Positions 44,301 through 57,000 of a stretch of 64,000 nucleotides of DNA are shown piece by piece. A program made the position numbers and the translations under genes. Location: positions 124,001 through 188,000 of the forward strand of contig KZ537963.1 in NCBI GenBank assembly GCA_000934665.2, in the 5' to 3' direction. The notes below the pieces were generated by a model. That model did no database searches. It was given only the letters and a program-made list of their open reading frames with translations, and was not told where the DNA came from. The stretch is from Catajapyx aquilonaris. Lineage: Eukaryota. Position 1 is the stretch's first letter, and each line of letters begins with the position of its first letter.

Positions 44301-47300
44301 AAAACAACTATTTTCCCTGGGCGAATAGAGAAGTTGACCTCATCGGGTGTTTCTGTGATTTGCCCCATGCGAACAACTACTGGCTGGAGTTATTGCTGCG
44401 AAGGGGATTTCTGCTTCCCCTCTCTTGGCTTTAATTGCGCCATCCATGTTTATGGTAAATTTTGAGCACTCCCAGCGATACCCATGGATTTGCCATAGAT
44501 TACGATGCAAAGTACTCCGGAGCATTCGGAAAGACAAATATGCCGCGATTAAAACCCGCCTCGCTGTATATCATGAAGTTAATTTTAATCACCAATGAAC
44601 AGTTCAGGCTTACTTCTGTCCAGTGCGATGTAATTTAAAGGCATCATAAGCGATCCTACACAGCAATTTCCCCCCCGGAACTGTTGCGAAAAGAAAGGCA
44701 GACGTATTCCCCAAAGGCAGACATCTATATAATATTAAAATCCTACGTTGTTTGGTTATGCCCTCTGATTGGTCCGCCGCACATTGTTGTTACCGCGACG
44801 CTTCCTATTGGCCCGCTTTCTACGCATGCGCAATGGGGGTGGAGGCAGCAGCACCTCTAGTTGTTAGATAAAACAAGCTGATGGCAGATGTTACGTAACA
44901 CGGCTTGTCTTTACATCATCTGGCTTTGTATCGTTTGAAAGCTGCTTCTTGGCAATGTTTACGACGCTGACAGCATCAGATACATCGTTACACGCCTTTA
45001 ATTTGGCCCGCTTTGTAAAGGCACAACATGTTGTTAATTTTGCCAATATTAATTTCACAAACAAACGTGGGGAAACATATTTTGGCATAAAACTGCGCCG
45101 TTTTAACCTAGTTCCAGTTCTGAGCTCATTATTTACGGCACACGGTATATGGAGGAAGGGCAGTTGCTGGGAAAATATTGCCTGCCAATCAGGGAATTAA
45201 TATTGTGTACCGCCCGCTCTTGTTGCGCAAATTAGTATGTGGGTGCTGCTGTGACAGCAATATTTACTGCCGCGCAAAGGTAAATGAAATAATGAGGCAA
45301 GTTATGATGCCATTCGCTGTCACAAATTGCATTCGGGTAATGCGAAGGAGAAAAAAAAGCGTACCGATAATTTAATGAACATGTCTATTGCTGACGCTCA
45401 TATTTTTGCCACAATTTGACGGCAGGGTTTCGAAATGATTGGCCACACACTCTTTTCAATTCGCACCATCTCAGATTCGCAATTCAGTTCAAACCGCCTA
45501 ATTTTTTCGCTTGTACCGCGCCTTTTAAAGCAATCGTGCCCAGCCTATCAATCTCTTTCGCCCAACTTGTCTAGGTTCACTTAGCGCTCTCGTGTTTACA
45601 CGGACGCCATGCCAAGAAGACGAGAATGAAAACCCATCAAAATTCACCGCATGCTTCCTCCTCTTTCCAAAGCTGACCAAAGCAAACCCCAACCAAGCTC
45701 ACTCTTATACAAACTCCAATATTCTCCAAGCAATGATCAATCTGGAAAACCGCATCCTGGGCCTGTAATATTGGGAAGCTGTGGGGGAAAAGAACGAGTT
45801 CCTGTCCGATATTTTTCATCTCCGGAAATGCTATCTCCAGAGTTCAGGTGAAAGTGCCTGTAGTAAGGATTAGATAAAGGCAGAAACAACATTGCAGAAG
45901 GGACGAGCTCTATACAGAAAAGTAGGGGGGGGGGGCATTTATTTTTTTCAGAGGAACAATTTAACCTCCTGCTGTCCTCTTCCATTTCTATGGAAAGAGA
46001 CACTTCGCATGCGGAGTGTCGCCATTTGTCAGTGTCCGCAGCGCTGGGAGAGGTTAAATTGAACTCGGGGCCACGCACGCTTCCATTCCCAAGGAATTAC
46101 CCCAAGACAGACGCATTTTTGCAAACAACCGGCTTTAAATTAAGATTTACTGTACGAGCACAGAACTTTAAGTTAACATTGGATTAGTAATGAACCTAAC
46201 CATGTATCATAACGGTAACTCTTTTCCAGTATATTTTACTATCCTATATGTATACTAATCACCTTATTCTGTCTGTCCGCTTCTTTGTCCGCTCAGCTGG
46301 TGATTAGCGCAATTACATTAATAACCACGAATATCTATAGATAGCTCTCCGGAAACTGCTCTGTTAATACCATTCCCAACTAATTACTCCCCGTGTTGAA
46401 TGCAGGCTCCGAAGTTTGCGCCCATTTATCTCAAAAGCGGCTCTAATGTACAGCCGGAGCTGTCCGATCATTTTAATCCCCGCATGACACCAACCAGAGA
46501 GTCATCTGACAAGAGCCCCCAGGACAACACAGGATGGACGATTCACAACTCAACCAGTCCGCTCAACTATTTCAACGGTTTATCTTTCGTCCTATCAGGT
46601 TGTCCGGACCTGCGCTTGTCTTTTCCCTACAACTTTAATCGCTCTTTTAATGACATTGTTCGCCTTGACGTGATGACAATTCCAAGGTGTTGGAATGGAG
46701 AGCTCCGGAGAATTATTATTTCCGAGTCGGAGCTTCCTTTTTGCGCAACGTAAGGTAGTGCAGATATGATTGAAACAAAAGCGAAAGTCAATCGATTTCG
46801 TGTTACGGTTTGGTGAACAAAAAGGGCGTATTTCGGTGTCAATTATTAAAATATTATCGCGTGCCGATGCCTATAACACCGTGACGCTAATAGCGTTGTG
46901 AACGACTGAAATTATGTAAGCAATTTCCAATACTTTCCCTTGCGTACTGTCCATTTTACCCTTGACACTTTCTCGTTACCGTACATTACTCCCTAATATT
47001 GCCTGATGCCGCCAACCTCTGGACCAATTTGGAACCACACTGACCTCGCAACAATCCGTGGACATGAATGTATATAAAGCTGTCGTGATTTTTGAGACAG
47101 TATCAGTTGCACATCAGCAGCAAAACTAGTCAGCAATGGAAGTTAAGGTAAGTCGCTCCAACTCTGTTATATACATTATAACGTTTAGAGGTTCCCAGTT
47201 GAACCGTTTGGTTCCATCAACTGGATGGTGTTATGCAATAATGTGTCTATCCACAAAAAATATCAAATTTGAAGTAAGCCCACGAACATATACCCAAAGG

Positions 47301-50300
47301 ATCGGACTTCAGTTAAAAATCAATATGGCGAAATCTGCGTGCTTTTGTCGTAAATGACCGAAAATGACACTGAATTAATCATTCAAAACTCTTTTTATCA
47401 AAATTGTTATCATGTGGGTTGGCTCATTATTACATAACACCGTCCAATTTTGGCTCCATCAACTATCATTTTGCAAACAGGAACTTTTGACACCCCATGT
47501 ACATTTCGAGAGAGAGAGTTCATATTATATTTCAGGTTTCTGGCTCTAGATTTGCTAATTGCTGTAATTATCGACATTTCCGGTCCAAACAGGTTATGCT
47601 CCTTCTCCTGGCCGCCCTGATGATGGCGTGCACTGTCGAAGCCGGTATCCACCACAAGTACGGATTCGCCATACACAAGCATGGCGCCGCCAAGGTGGAA
47701 TCCGGAGCTGACGACCACAAGTTTGGGTTCTTCGTCGACAACAAGCATCCTGACGGAGGAGTCAGCTACATCAAGCAGGCTGGACCTAATCACCACTATG
47801 GAGGATATGGAGGCGGATATGGTGGCGGATATGGTGGTGGTGCTGGTGGCGGCGGCGGCGGCGGCGGATATGGCGGTGGATTTGGATTTTTCTAAACACT
47901 GTACTATTATACATAATAAATAGCATCGGTATATATATTCCGCTTGAACACCTGAAATTGGACAAATTTTTTTCCTCCAAAGAATCCTGCTCATATTTGG
48001 ACTCTGATCTGAACTTTGGTTTTGATTTCGCCACACGAAGTACTTGCCCGTCCAGGCATGGCTAACAAGAGGATCCAAAAGCGCCAGATATACTGTCGGA
48101 CCCGATATGAACCGCTTGGCTGGAAATAACGTGGTGCTGGGTCCTCCCGAGCAGACAAGCTCGTATATATGGAGTTATAAAGGCTGCCGGCGATAAGATG
48201 GAGTTGGCCAAGCGGAGAGGATGAGGTCCTCCTCTCCTCCGGAACATCATAATTCCCAGTAAGTCAGCTCCTTTCAGCCACGTTCTCTCACGACAACCCA
48301 GTCGGGGCGAAAATGGGGGACCCTGCCAACCTTCCCCATTCTTTCCTTGCACACCACTATACCATCCCCATCCCTTAAAAGAACTGCTTCGAGGGAGGGA
48401 GTGAGAGAGAAGAAGAAAAAAAAGCTTGATTTATCCAGCCTTCATCCACAGCAATCGGTTCCACTCCATTTCCAAAACTACACTAGAAGCCGTGTGTAGA
48501 GAGGGCGACCGAATCCATCCCAGAGGCGGCTACACACACCAGAAAAAAATATGGGAAACACTTCCTAGTTCCTGGGGGTCCTCACGATCTTATTACCACC
48601 ATGGCTGCTACTAATCTGATCCATTTTGTACGGCTTGCCTGCAACCCTTTCTGCCTTAAGATGGGACATACACAAACGAGCACCAATTTTCACTAAAATT
48701 CGGGTACAAAAACTGTGGCGGGATTGGTTGGTTAACAAAATGAGCAAATTCTTCCACTGTGAAGGTTGAAAGTGTTGCTGCTTCATCAGGTTCTCAATTT
48801 TCCCAAGACTCATATTCAGGCTCTAAAATGCGCACTAGTAAATTTATCAGAGCGGAGCAGCGTTTAAGTTAACGCCTGGCATAAGGTTCCCCTCGCATGC
48901 ATCGCCACGTCAGGAATGTACAAATTTAAATAATAGCCCTCTGCGGGCTCGTACTTCCATTTTATAAGCCATCCGCACTCCAGTTTGGTGGGGCATCTCG
49001 CCTCCAAGTCACAACTTTTATGTCCTGCGGTGGGCCCTCTTTGGCTGAAGGCCGTCTCCCAAGATGAACATCGGAAAGTGGATTTTCATATAGTGGATAG
49101 AGCCCCAGTATGAATTATTCAGAAGGAGTCCAAACACTCTGCTGAGGTCTCATAATGTCCTCAGGACGCCCAACGAGTTCCTAATCACACCCTACCCACC
49201 TTGTCTCTGTGACAAGTTCATACACTTCCTCTTACACACGTGCTGCATCTGCTGAATGTACCACGTGATTCATATCCGTAGTGTACCGTACGAAAAATAC
49301 GTACAATATCATTGGTGCCATGCATACTCCCAACGGTATGATTAAAAATGGCGCAATGAAAGGCAGTGACGTGATGTTCCCTCACCGGGGTAGGATTAAT
49401 ATTGCAAATTAAAAATGGGCATCTCGCATTCCTTAGGGTATTGCACCCACAGTACCGCCCGAGCATTAATCAAGCCGCAAAAACGCAAACACTAATTCAC
49501 CACCAACGTAGCTGCTGTAGTCGAATAATGACCGTCTAATTTCTTCTCTCTGAACAGTACCCGGTTACAAGACTCTCGACGCCCACAGGGTGACAGATGC
49601 ATACGCCATCCCAACACCACACACTGCCGCTATCAATGTTCCCCAGCAATTATATCCGCGACCACATGCGCAGGTGCAAGATCGGTGCTGTACATCATCC
49701 CCGCGATTGCATGACTCATGCTTCCACACTCGAGCAAGAAAGATCGCCTTGCCCCGTGATAAATAGAACCTAAAACCAAATCTATAGGGTCTTCCACTCT
49801 CCCTCATTAGGCAGAGGTCACTCTCTGTGACCCAGCTCGTTATCCTAAGCGAACGTGGCGTTATATATCTACCAGTCAACACGCTTCCAGGTTCCACCCA
49901 CGTGTCCGTCGCTTCCATTCAAGGTTGCCAGACGGATCGTGAGGCTATCTGGTAACCTTGCACCTCGTGGATTCCGCCATTTTGAATCGGTGACCCGTGA
50001 TTGAGTTGCGGTCCTGCCCCGAGGCCTGATATTGATTAGGCCGCAAGCCCATCGCTAATCGGCCTGCGGTAGCTCGTTTAATCAAGTCCGCCGGCTGAAT
50101 GATGCTGAGCGCCGGGGCTTTTCATTGTGAGCTCCGCGCACTGTTGTTGCAAGGGGCGCCAACCCCTACAACCAGAGCACGACCCAACCCCCCCGTTTTA
50201 ATTGTGTTTTGCATGTGCCGGACGCCCTAATGAGGAGTTATGAGCCGGCGCCTGGGTTTGTGTGTTGGAGGACTCGGCGGGGATATGGAGCAGGGAAAAT

Positions 50301-51425
50301 GCGCGGGAGCCAATATTATCGATGACATGAAAACTTCAATATCATAGATTACGGTACTGACACAACCAGGCTCCTCCATTAACGCGATAAACAATGGCTG
50401 CTGATGAGATTTGCATTTTCAGCACTGGAGGACTCGTTATGTGCGGCGTGGCCATAATAACGGTAGCACCTGCCATGGTAAAGTACAGGGGACGACAAAA
50501 GCCATGGACATCTATTGCAGGGAGGTGCATTGCCGCAGGAATCCAGTCAATGGTCGATGGTTTCCAAGAGCTGTAGGCCTACTTCATCTCACAGACTTGT
50601 GAGAGAAAGGAAGCTAAATTTGCATAGTGTTTCACGCTAGAAGATGCAGAAAACAGAGTCGAGTTGTAACAGACTTGGGCTCAAGTAATAAAGGGAGAAA
50701 TTGCCGATTCTCAAAGAACAGTAAAACTGCGTAATTCCCATGCGGGGTACCAGGCCGTGAAGACAGGAAAACAAAGGAAGGAAACGTCGTTTCAATAGCG
50801 AAATTCTCACCAGCACCCAACCCGAACCGCAATTAATTCCCCTCCGCACTTATAACCTGACGTTCTCATCAGTTAAACAATATATTGCATAGATCTGACC
50901 ATCTTTTATTTTTATTATTTAAAACGACAGTGTATAAACAACATTTTGTGTCTTGAACTGACCTGCTCTGGTTTGAGTCCCGGTGGCACCCAAGTGTACT
51001 CTTCGAGGGCGCATCCCGAGTCTTCGTCCGATTGTGAATGTCTCTGGTGGGCATCTCCTACCGGGGGCGGATGGGGCGGGGGCGGAACAAGAGGAAGAGG
51101 CGGAGGCTGCTGCGATCCTCCGGAGCAGTTGGGGCTGGCAAACACCCTTTTCCGGAGTGGCGACCTGGAGGAATCGCCTCCATCCAAGGGTCCGGATGAT
51201 TGGCTCTGCTGCTGTGGTATCAACTGCAGGACATGGGACGAGGAGGATGAGGACGGGCTGTTGGTGGGGTTGCTGGAGGAATGGTGGTGCTGCTGGAGGC
51301 CATGGAACCTTCGGGTGTTTCCAGTGGAAAGCGAGCCTCCAGGGATGTTCATTCCACCGACGCCGACGCCGCCGACGCCAGAACTGTGGTCTTCACGGGG
51401 GCATTTGCAGTTGCGACACACTTTT
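38364..51425 (-). CDS. pk: Prickle (PET domain, 3 LIM domains, C-terminal CaaX). Exons 50963-51425, 40898-41152, 40636-40839, 40169-40367, 38364-39802; further 5' exon(s) not located
   Basis: [68 protein letters not shown] motifs WHPACFVC...[33 protein letters not shown], late [12 protein letters not shown] motif, end KNCIIS*. Confidence 0.96.
39987..40054. mobile_element. Tiny MITE-like foldback (68 bp); related end sequence at 2467
   Basis: TA-cagttgaatccggatataaca...tgttatatccggattagactg. Confidence 0.7.
41849..41955. mobile_element. TA-flanked MITE (107 bp)
   Basis: TA-cagtgctggacatgttatcagtccctaaatg...catttagggactgctaatatgtccagcactg-TA. Confidence 0.85.
41981..42197 (+). repeat. Interspersed repeat, copy 2 (matches 33992-34217)
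   Basis: Colinear similarity over about 220 bp. Confidence 0.85.
47071..47108 (+). promoter_or_regulatory. TATA box plus arthropod Initiator of the nested Gly-rich peptide gene
   Basis: TATATAAAG at 47071 and TCAGTT at 47103-47108 with canonical spacing of about 30 nt; ATG at 47136. Confidence 0.85.
47136..47895 (+). CDS. Small secreted His- and Gly/Tyr-rich protein, 104 aa. Exons 47136-47147, 47593-47895; nested antisense in a prickle intron
   Basis: [21 protein letters not shown] (signal peptide) [83 protein letters not shown]. Donor AAG|gtaagt, phase 0; AATAAA near 47915. Confidence 0.9.
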
Positions 51426-53874
51426 CTGTGGAAGACACAAAACCAAATGGTTATTCACTATTTATTTTTATTATTGCATAGATGTACTATCGCTGTGGAC
51501 TATACCCTAAGTAAATAACCCATCGCAAAAAAAAACCAATTCAGTATAAAATATTGAAATGTTGCTATTTGGATTCTCGCGGGTGCACTAGCATGGGCTA
51601 ATATTGGCACGTCCATGACGCCATAGTTGCGATGAAAAAAAAGTGAGCGTAGCCACTTACGCTCACTCTCCAAACGCATTACTATCGGCATACTAATAGG
51701 CTCATTAGTCCCTAGCAATGGCGGTCACAGGCCGGCTCACCTGATGGAAATAAATTCCGCCTCGCGCAGCTTCACTCTCCCCCTGCTTTTAATTTACAAA
51801 TTAAAAGTTATGTCACAGTTTAAATCAACCACAAATTGATTTGCATGCCGAACTCCAGCCTGGGAAGTGCCATCCCCCCCTCCCGAACTATTGCACTTCA
51901 AAACCCAGGGGAGGTCATAATTAGTATCAATAAGCATCAATAATAATTGAATTAACACTTAACAAGGTACTAATTATTCAGTTAATGCCTGTCAGCATCA
52001 TATTCAGTTATGGAGTCTTTCAGGGCATAAACAAATGCTAACTAAGCTGCAAATTCGTTGATGGACTTTCCCTGCTTTGGGTATATAGCACCAGTCGAGT
52101 ACTGCCCATTCCCATCGTAATATATGTGTATATGCTGAAAGGCTAGAATTCAACTATTGTACTCAATAATATTTCTGTAATACACAATTCATGTCCACCT
52201 TCACAATGACCTGCAAAAGGTGAATCCGTGATCCTCAGTCCGACCTTCACGTCACCACATACTGAATCGTGTCTAATCTTCGCATGAAAAGGAAACTGGA
52301 GGGCACACCCCTGTAATCCTGCTTGACCTCTCGATTCTACTTCCAACTGATGGGGTAGCTTGTCGTGTGTGTGGATGAGGAGAAGGGGGGTGAACCCGAG
52401 AAAAAGAGATTTGATTTCTCCGGGCGGTCAAATGGGAGAGGTCTGCTCTGGAAAACCAGTCTGGATCTGCCCTGGAGAATGAAACACCTACGTGCACACG
52501 ACTCGACCAGAGAACTAGATGGAAACTAGATGGGGGGGAAAAAAAACTTCTAGGATATTTTCCATTTGGCGGAAGTGGAATGAGAGAGCCTTGGTCCACA
52601 TCAGTCTTTCAAGATTTTTGTTTATGGGGTGGGGTGATTTTGTAGGTCCATTCAAGGACTATGACCTCATAGTCCACTTCCGTGATGTATGGAGCAACGA
52701 GTGCAAGTATTTCAACGCCTACAGCCTCACTTTGCATTTTAGGGCTCATTAGGAAGGGAGCACAATATTCACGTCTTGAAATTGCAGCTAAGATTACAGC
52801 GTCATGTATACACACTTCAGGGTATAATAATTAGGTTCATTACCAGTCTAAGCACCTACGCACTTAAAAATTTAGAGAAATAAATTTTGCATGTCAACTT
52901 GTTCGTGAGTAGTTGAAATTGAATCATCCAGAACAATTATGCGCCATTTCAAACTAATCCGACAATTGCGACTTATTCTGAGCGATGTACAGTGCGACAC
53001 ACTGGATTTTATATATACGCCACACTGAATCGATGTAATCGTATATGTCATTACCGCAGTCGTACCACAACAGTAGTTTTAATACAACCTAAAACAACCT
53101 TCAAATCCGTGGCATTGACAGGTATTAAAACCGCTCTCTGCATGTGGCGCCTACAAAAGCGCCACTTGACTTTTACAACTCTCTCTCTCTCTCCCTCTCC
53201 AAAAAGTCTTCCCCACCTCTTTTCCATCATCGCCTCCTCCTTCTTTTCCATAACCAAGGTAGAGGGGGGGGGGGATAGGTAATCATCGCCTCTCCCCAAC
53301 TCCAAGTCAAAAAAAAAAAAGTGTTTCAGCCTGGATTTTGGCAGTCTGGATTTTGGCCACCCTTCCAAGGAAGACTGCTTGGTANAAAAAACGGGCCATT
53401 GTGTTGCCATGGCGACCCCCAAGACTTTTGTGGTCCACGAGGAAAAAACGTCTTGCGTGAGAGTTATCGTTGGATGGATGCTGCGACTCACGGGGGAGAA
53501 TCCAGACCGGTACATATTCATGAAAACGGGGCGCGGATTTCTCCTCCCCGATTCCTTATTCAGCTTGGTCTGGCACCTAGTAATAAAATATGCAAATATA
53601 GTGTCACGCGTAGTTTCAGTTTAAAAAAAAAATCAAGTTGGTGAAATTCGGTGTGCGCCATAATAATAAAAAAATGGGTGTACTGAAGCAGTACAAGTTA
53701 CGCGTTAGCAATTAGTTCGGGTAATCCTCAATTGACATGGACATCACTCGTCGCCCACCAGTTCACGCACAGAAAAAAAACAACATCCGGATTAAGTTAT
53801 AGGTCAAACTAGACGGTCCGTTAAGTCCAGATTGGACACAAAAAACACTAGGCAGTTCGATTTTTTCCCATTCG

Positions 53875-54080
53875 ATGTTGAAATTTTCTGTATATCGTCT
53901 CGCAACAATATTTTGATATATTTTCATTGACTTTATAAAAGCAAAGGTGTTGAAATTTTCCGTATATCCTCCAACGACATAATCAATTTCCGATATACAT
54001 TTTCGTCGATATAATTATATTACAATGAAGGTGTTGAATTTTCCTGTATATCGCCCCCACGATATAATCGATGTTTCGGC
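53875..54080. repeat. Degenerate tandem repeat, three units of about 70-85 bp
   Basis: tgttgaa(a/t)ttt(t/c)c(t/c)gtatatc recurs at about 53876, 53948 and 54033. Confidence 0.75.
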
Positions 54081-57000
54081 TGCTGACAGGGGTGAAAATA
54101 AGCCTGACAGCTGCATGGCCAGAAGCAGTTGGGCGTGAGATGGGATGATGGAAGGAAAGAGAAAGGGACAGTGTCCCGGAATCTTTTCTCTTCTCTTTTC
54201 CTGTGGATGCCCATCACGGACAACTCGATCACGGGACATTGCCTCTCTTTTTTTTCCTTCCATCGTCCTCTTCTTGCTCGCTCGGTCTCCCCCAATTCTT
54301 CCCCTTCGGATCTTCCGGAACTTGATCACTCTAACCCCGTGATGGTCTTCCGACCTTTTCTGGACACTGCCCATTCCCGGCTGAACAATGAGAGTTTCGC
54401 AAATCCTGCTTTTGCACCAAGGATTTATCCTAATGCGGATGACGACGGCGTTTGGATCATTCCATTATCATCCGGACCGCAAGCTCCTCTAGGGGTTTTA
54501 CCCCCACACAAATGCGGTACACTGGCGGTACAGTCTGCCAATTCTGCAGAAGTTTGTGCTAGTGAACTTTGGTTTGTAGTAAAACGCCCGTAGCCACTTT
54601 ACCAGAAGGGAAATCTTGTTGTATAAGCAACTCTTGGGAAAGTGATCAGTACTATAGAAGAATTCATTGAAAAATAGCAATTTGTAGCTTCCTTATTCGC
54701 CACAATTTATTAGATACATTGTTATAAAATGCAGGTGCAAAAATATGTACAATGGAATTCCCATGGCGAAAAAAAAGCGAAAAGTAATGGTTTCACGATA
54801 AGAAAGTTCCTCATAACTCAAGTCCTAATGCAATGAAACGCGATTACTTGCAAGTAATAGGCCCGGTTTTACTATTCATAACGACCGGAATACGAATGAA
54901 AATGGTATCGAGTGAAAAAAAAAACTGTTCACATAATCCATTTTGTAAGCTCTTGAAAATCAGGTTTCTTGAATGGTTTATAGGTTCAGACTAAGAAAAT
55001 CTTCCCAGTTCTTTAATTCATAACTTACGTTAACGTGTAATATGCGAATCACTATCTTGTTTGAGAGGCAAGGAAAAAGGAAATGAAATAAGATGCGTGG
55101 AATTTTTGCAGCGGAAATACCAAGGAGCTGAGAATGCGAAAAATGTTCGCAGTTTGGGCAATCTAGCAGTGCAAACTATTTTATGAACGAATGATGTTGT
55201 ACGAAACTATTACAACTCGCTAATAAACCAAAACTTTTGCAACATTTCATCTGGACCACCCCCTTACAAAATTAATGGCAAGGACATGCAGTGACGAGCA
55301 GGTTTCTTACACAGTAATTTCGAGTGTAAACACGCACGGCCTCCTATATAGTACAGTACAAGTGTATGTTGCATGAAGGAACATCAACACTCATCCCCAA
55401 ACATATTTCTTCCTCCGCATTATTTGGAGGGCCCCACACACAGGAAATAGGTGCAAAAAGGCGTGAGACATCACGCTATGTCGTGCCAGTTCCAAATTCT
55501 TAATAGCCAAGATAGTTTTCTCCTCTGCTCAAAGTTTTAGACTCGGTAATTTCATCAGCACGATTCCTCTCAGGGCAATGCTTTTCCGGCTTCCCACTCT
55601 TTTTGAGTGTATATTGCAACATGAAGGTGAATGGTCTGATATTTCCAGCAGACTGTCCCGAAAAACAATTCAGTGAAAATAGGCGACGACATTTTGTCGG
55701 CGTATGTTGGATGTGGTTTTTTTTGGCCCCGGGGCGAGATGGCCCCTTGTTTCCCTCCCTCCAGGGGTCCTTCTGGGTCATGAATCAGGCGCCTCGCCGG
55801 GAGGCCAAACCATTGCTGTCATTAGTCTCCCAGGCTCATATTTCAACGCCTGTGCCGTATGACGCCAGATTTAGGTTCTACCGGCTCGGAAAATAGGAGA
55901 TTCCGAAAAGGACTCCGAGCGCTAATGAATACTAGAATAGATGAGGGTAAACCTAAACTTATAATAAGCAAATGTAGGGCCTGGATGCGGTCGCCAAATT
56001 ACACGTCATAAGTTTGTCGCAGTCTATTGCACTATAAGCAAATAAAAAGTTCAGTTCAGCCTCCCTCACTTGTAGAGTCATTATGTTACTTTATTTTCTC
56101 ATAAATATTTAACAAAAATTATTCAACAATTTTCTGCATATTTTTTTTTAACGAGGTGACTTTTCTGCAAATATTGGACTGAATGTCACAATTTCTCAAA
56201 AGCGGACGTGCATGTTAACCTTTCATAAGCTGAAAAAAATAGGTGCTGTTTAGCACTCAGGAAATGGGGTGGCATTGTCGTTATATATAAGCTCGGGAAC
56301 TACTGAGCTTTTTTCGGACGTGTCAATGATCTACACGGGCGTGGCTGGCACCAGCATTAGACGCATGTCAAGGAACAACTTTGAAGGTGCAATTCAACAG
56401 ATGCTCTCAGGGTGCGTGACCAGATTATGTCGTTTTCTTGCATAATGTTTGGGGCCCAACGTGGAGTTAATAGCTTTAGAGAGTTAATGGGCTCCGGGAC
56501 TGTCAACCGGGTGCCATCTGTCACTAGATGCTCTGGAAAACGACCCAACCACCCTTTGTCTCCCGTTATATGAGGCCTATTTTCCTAAATGGTGCCAAGG
56601 CAATAAATAATATTCTGGGATATGACCGAAGTTATGTGGTAAAAAAATAATGTTTCGTCCAAACGAAGAAAAAAGTGATCAGCATAATCCTGGTCATTAC
56701 ACTACAAACAAAGCGAATTGTACTACTGGACCATTTTTTACGGTGTATACACCTGCTTTACATTATTTCTGACACATCGCCTTTTGCGGACTTTGGATAA
56801 TTAGGGACATACCGGTATTTCTAACGGATCTCTCTCAAAAAAACCATAATGAACCGCATCCTGCCACAATCTCTGAAAAAATATGCAATACATTTGGGTC
56901 CTCTGCATAATCCTGAATTCAAGCAGACTCACCTAACAGTAGACGGGTCTGACATGTCCGTCGATATATTTTAGGCAGTGTCCCCCCAGCAGGACACGTT

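Noticed and set aside
44760..44900. Promoter-like cluster (two ATTGG boxes, CGCATGCGCA, CTCF-like stretch, TTACGTAA)
   Set aside because: No associated ORF or transcript evidence; the motifs are short and may belong to a repeat remnant.
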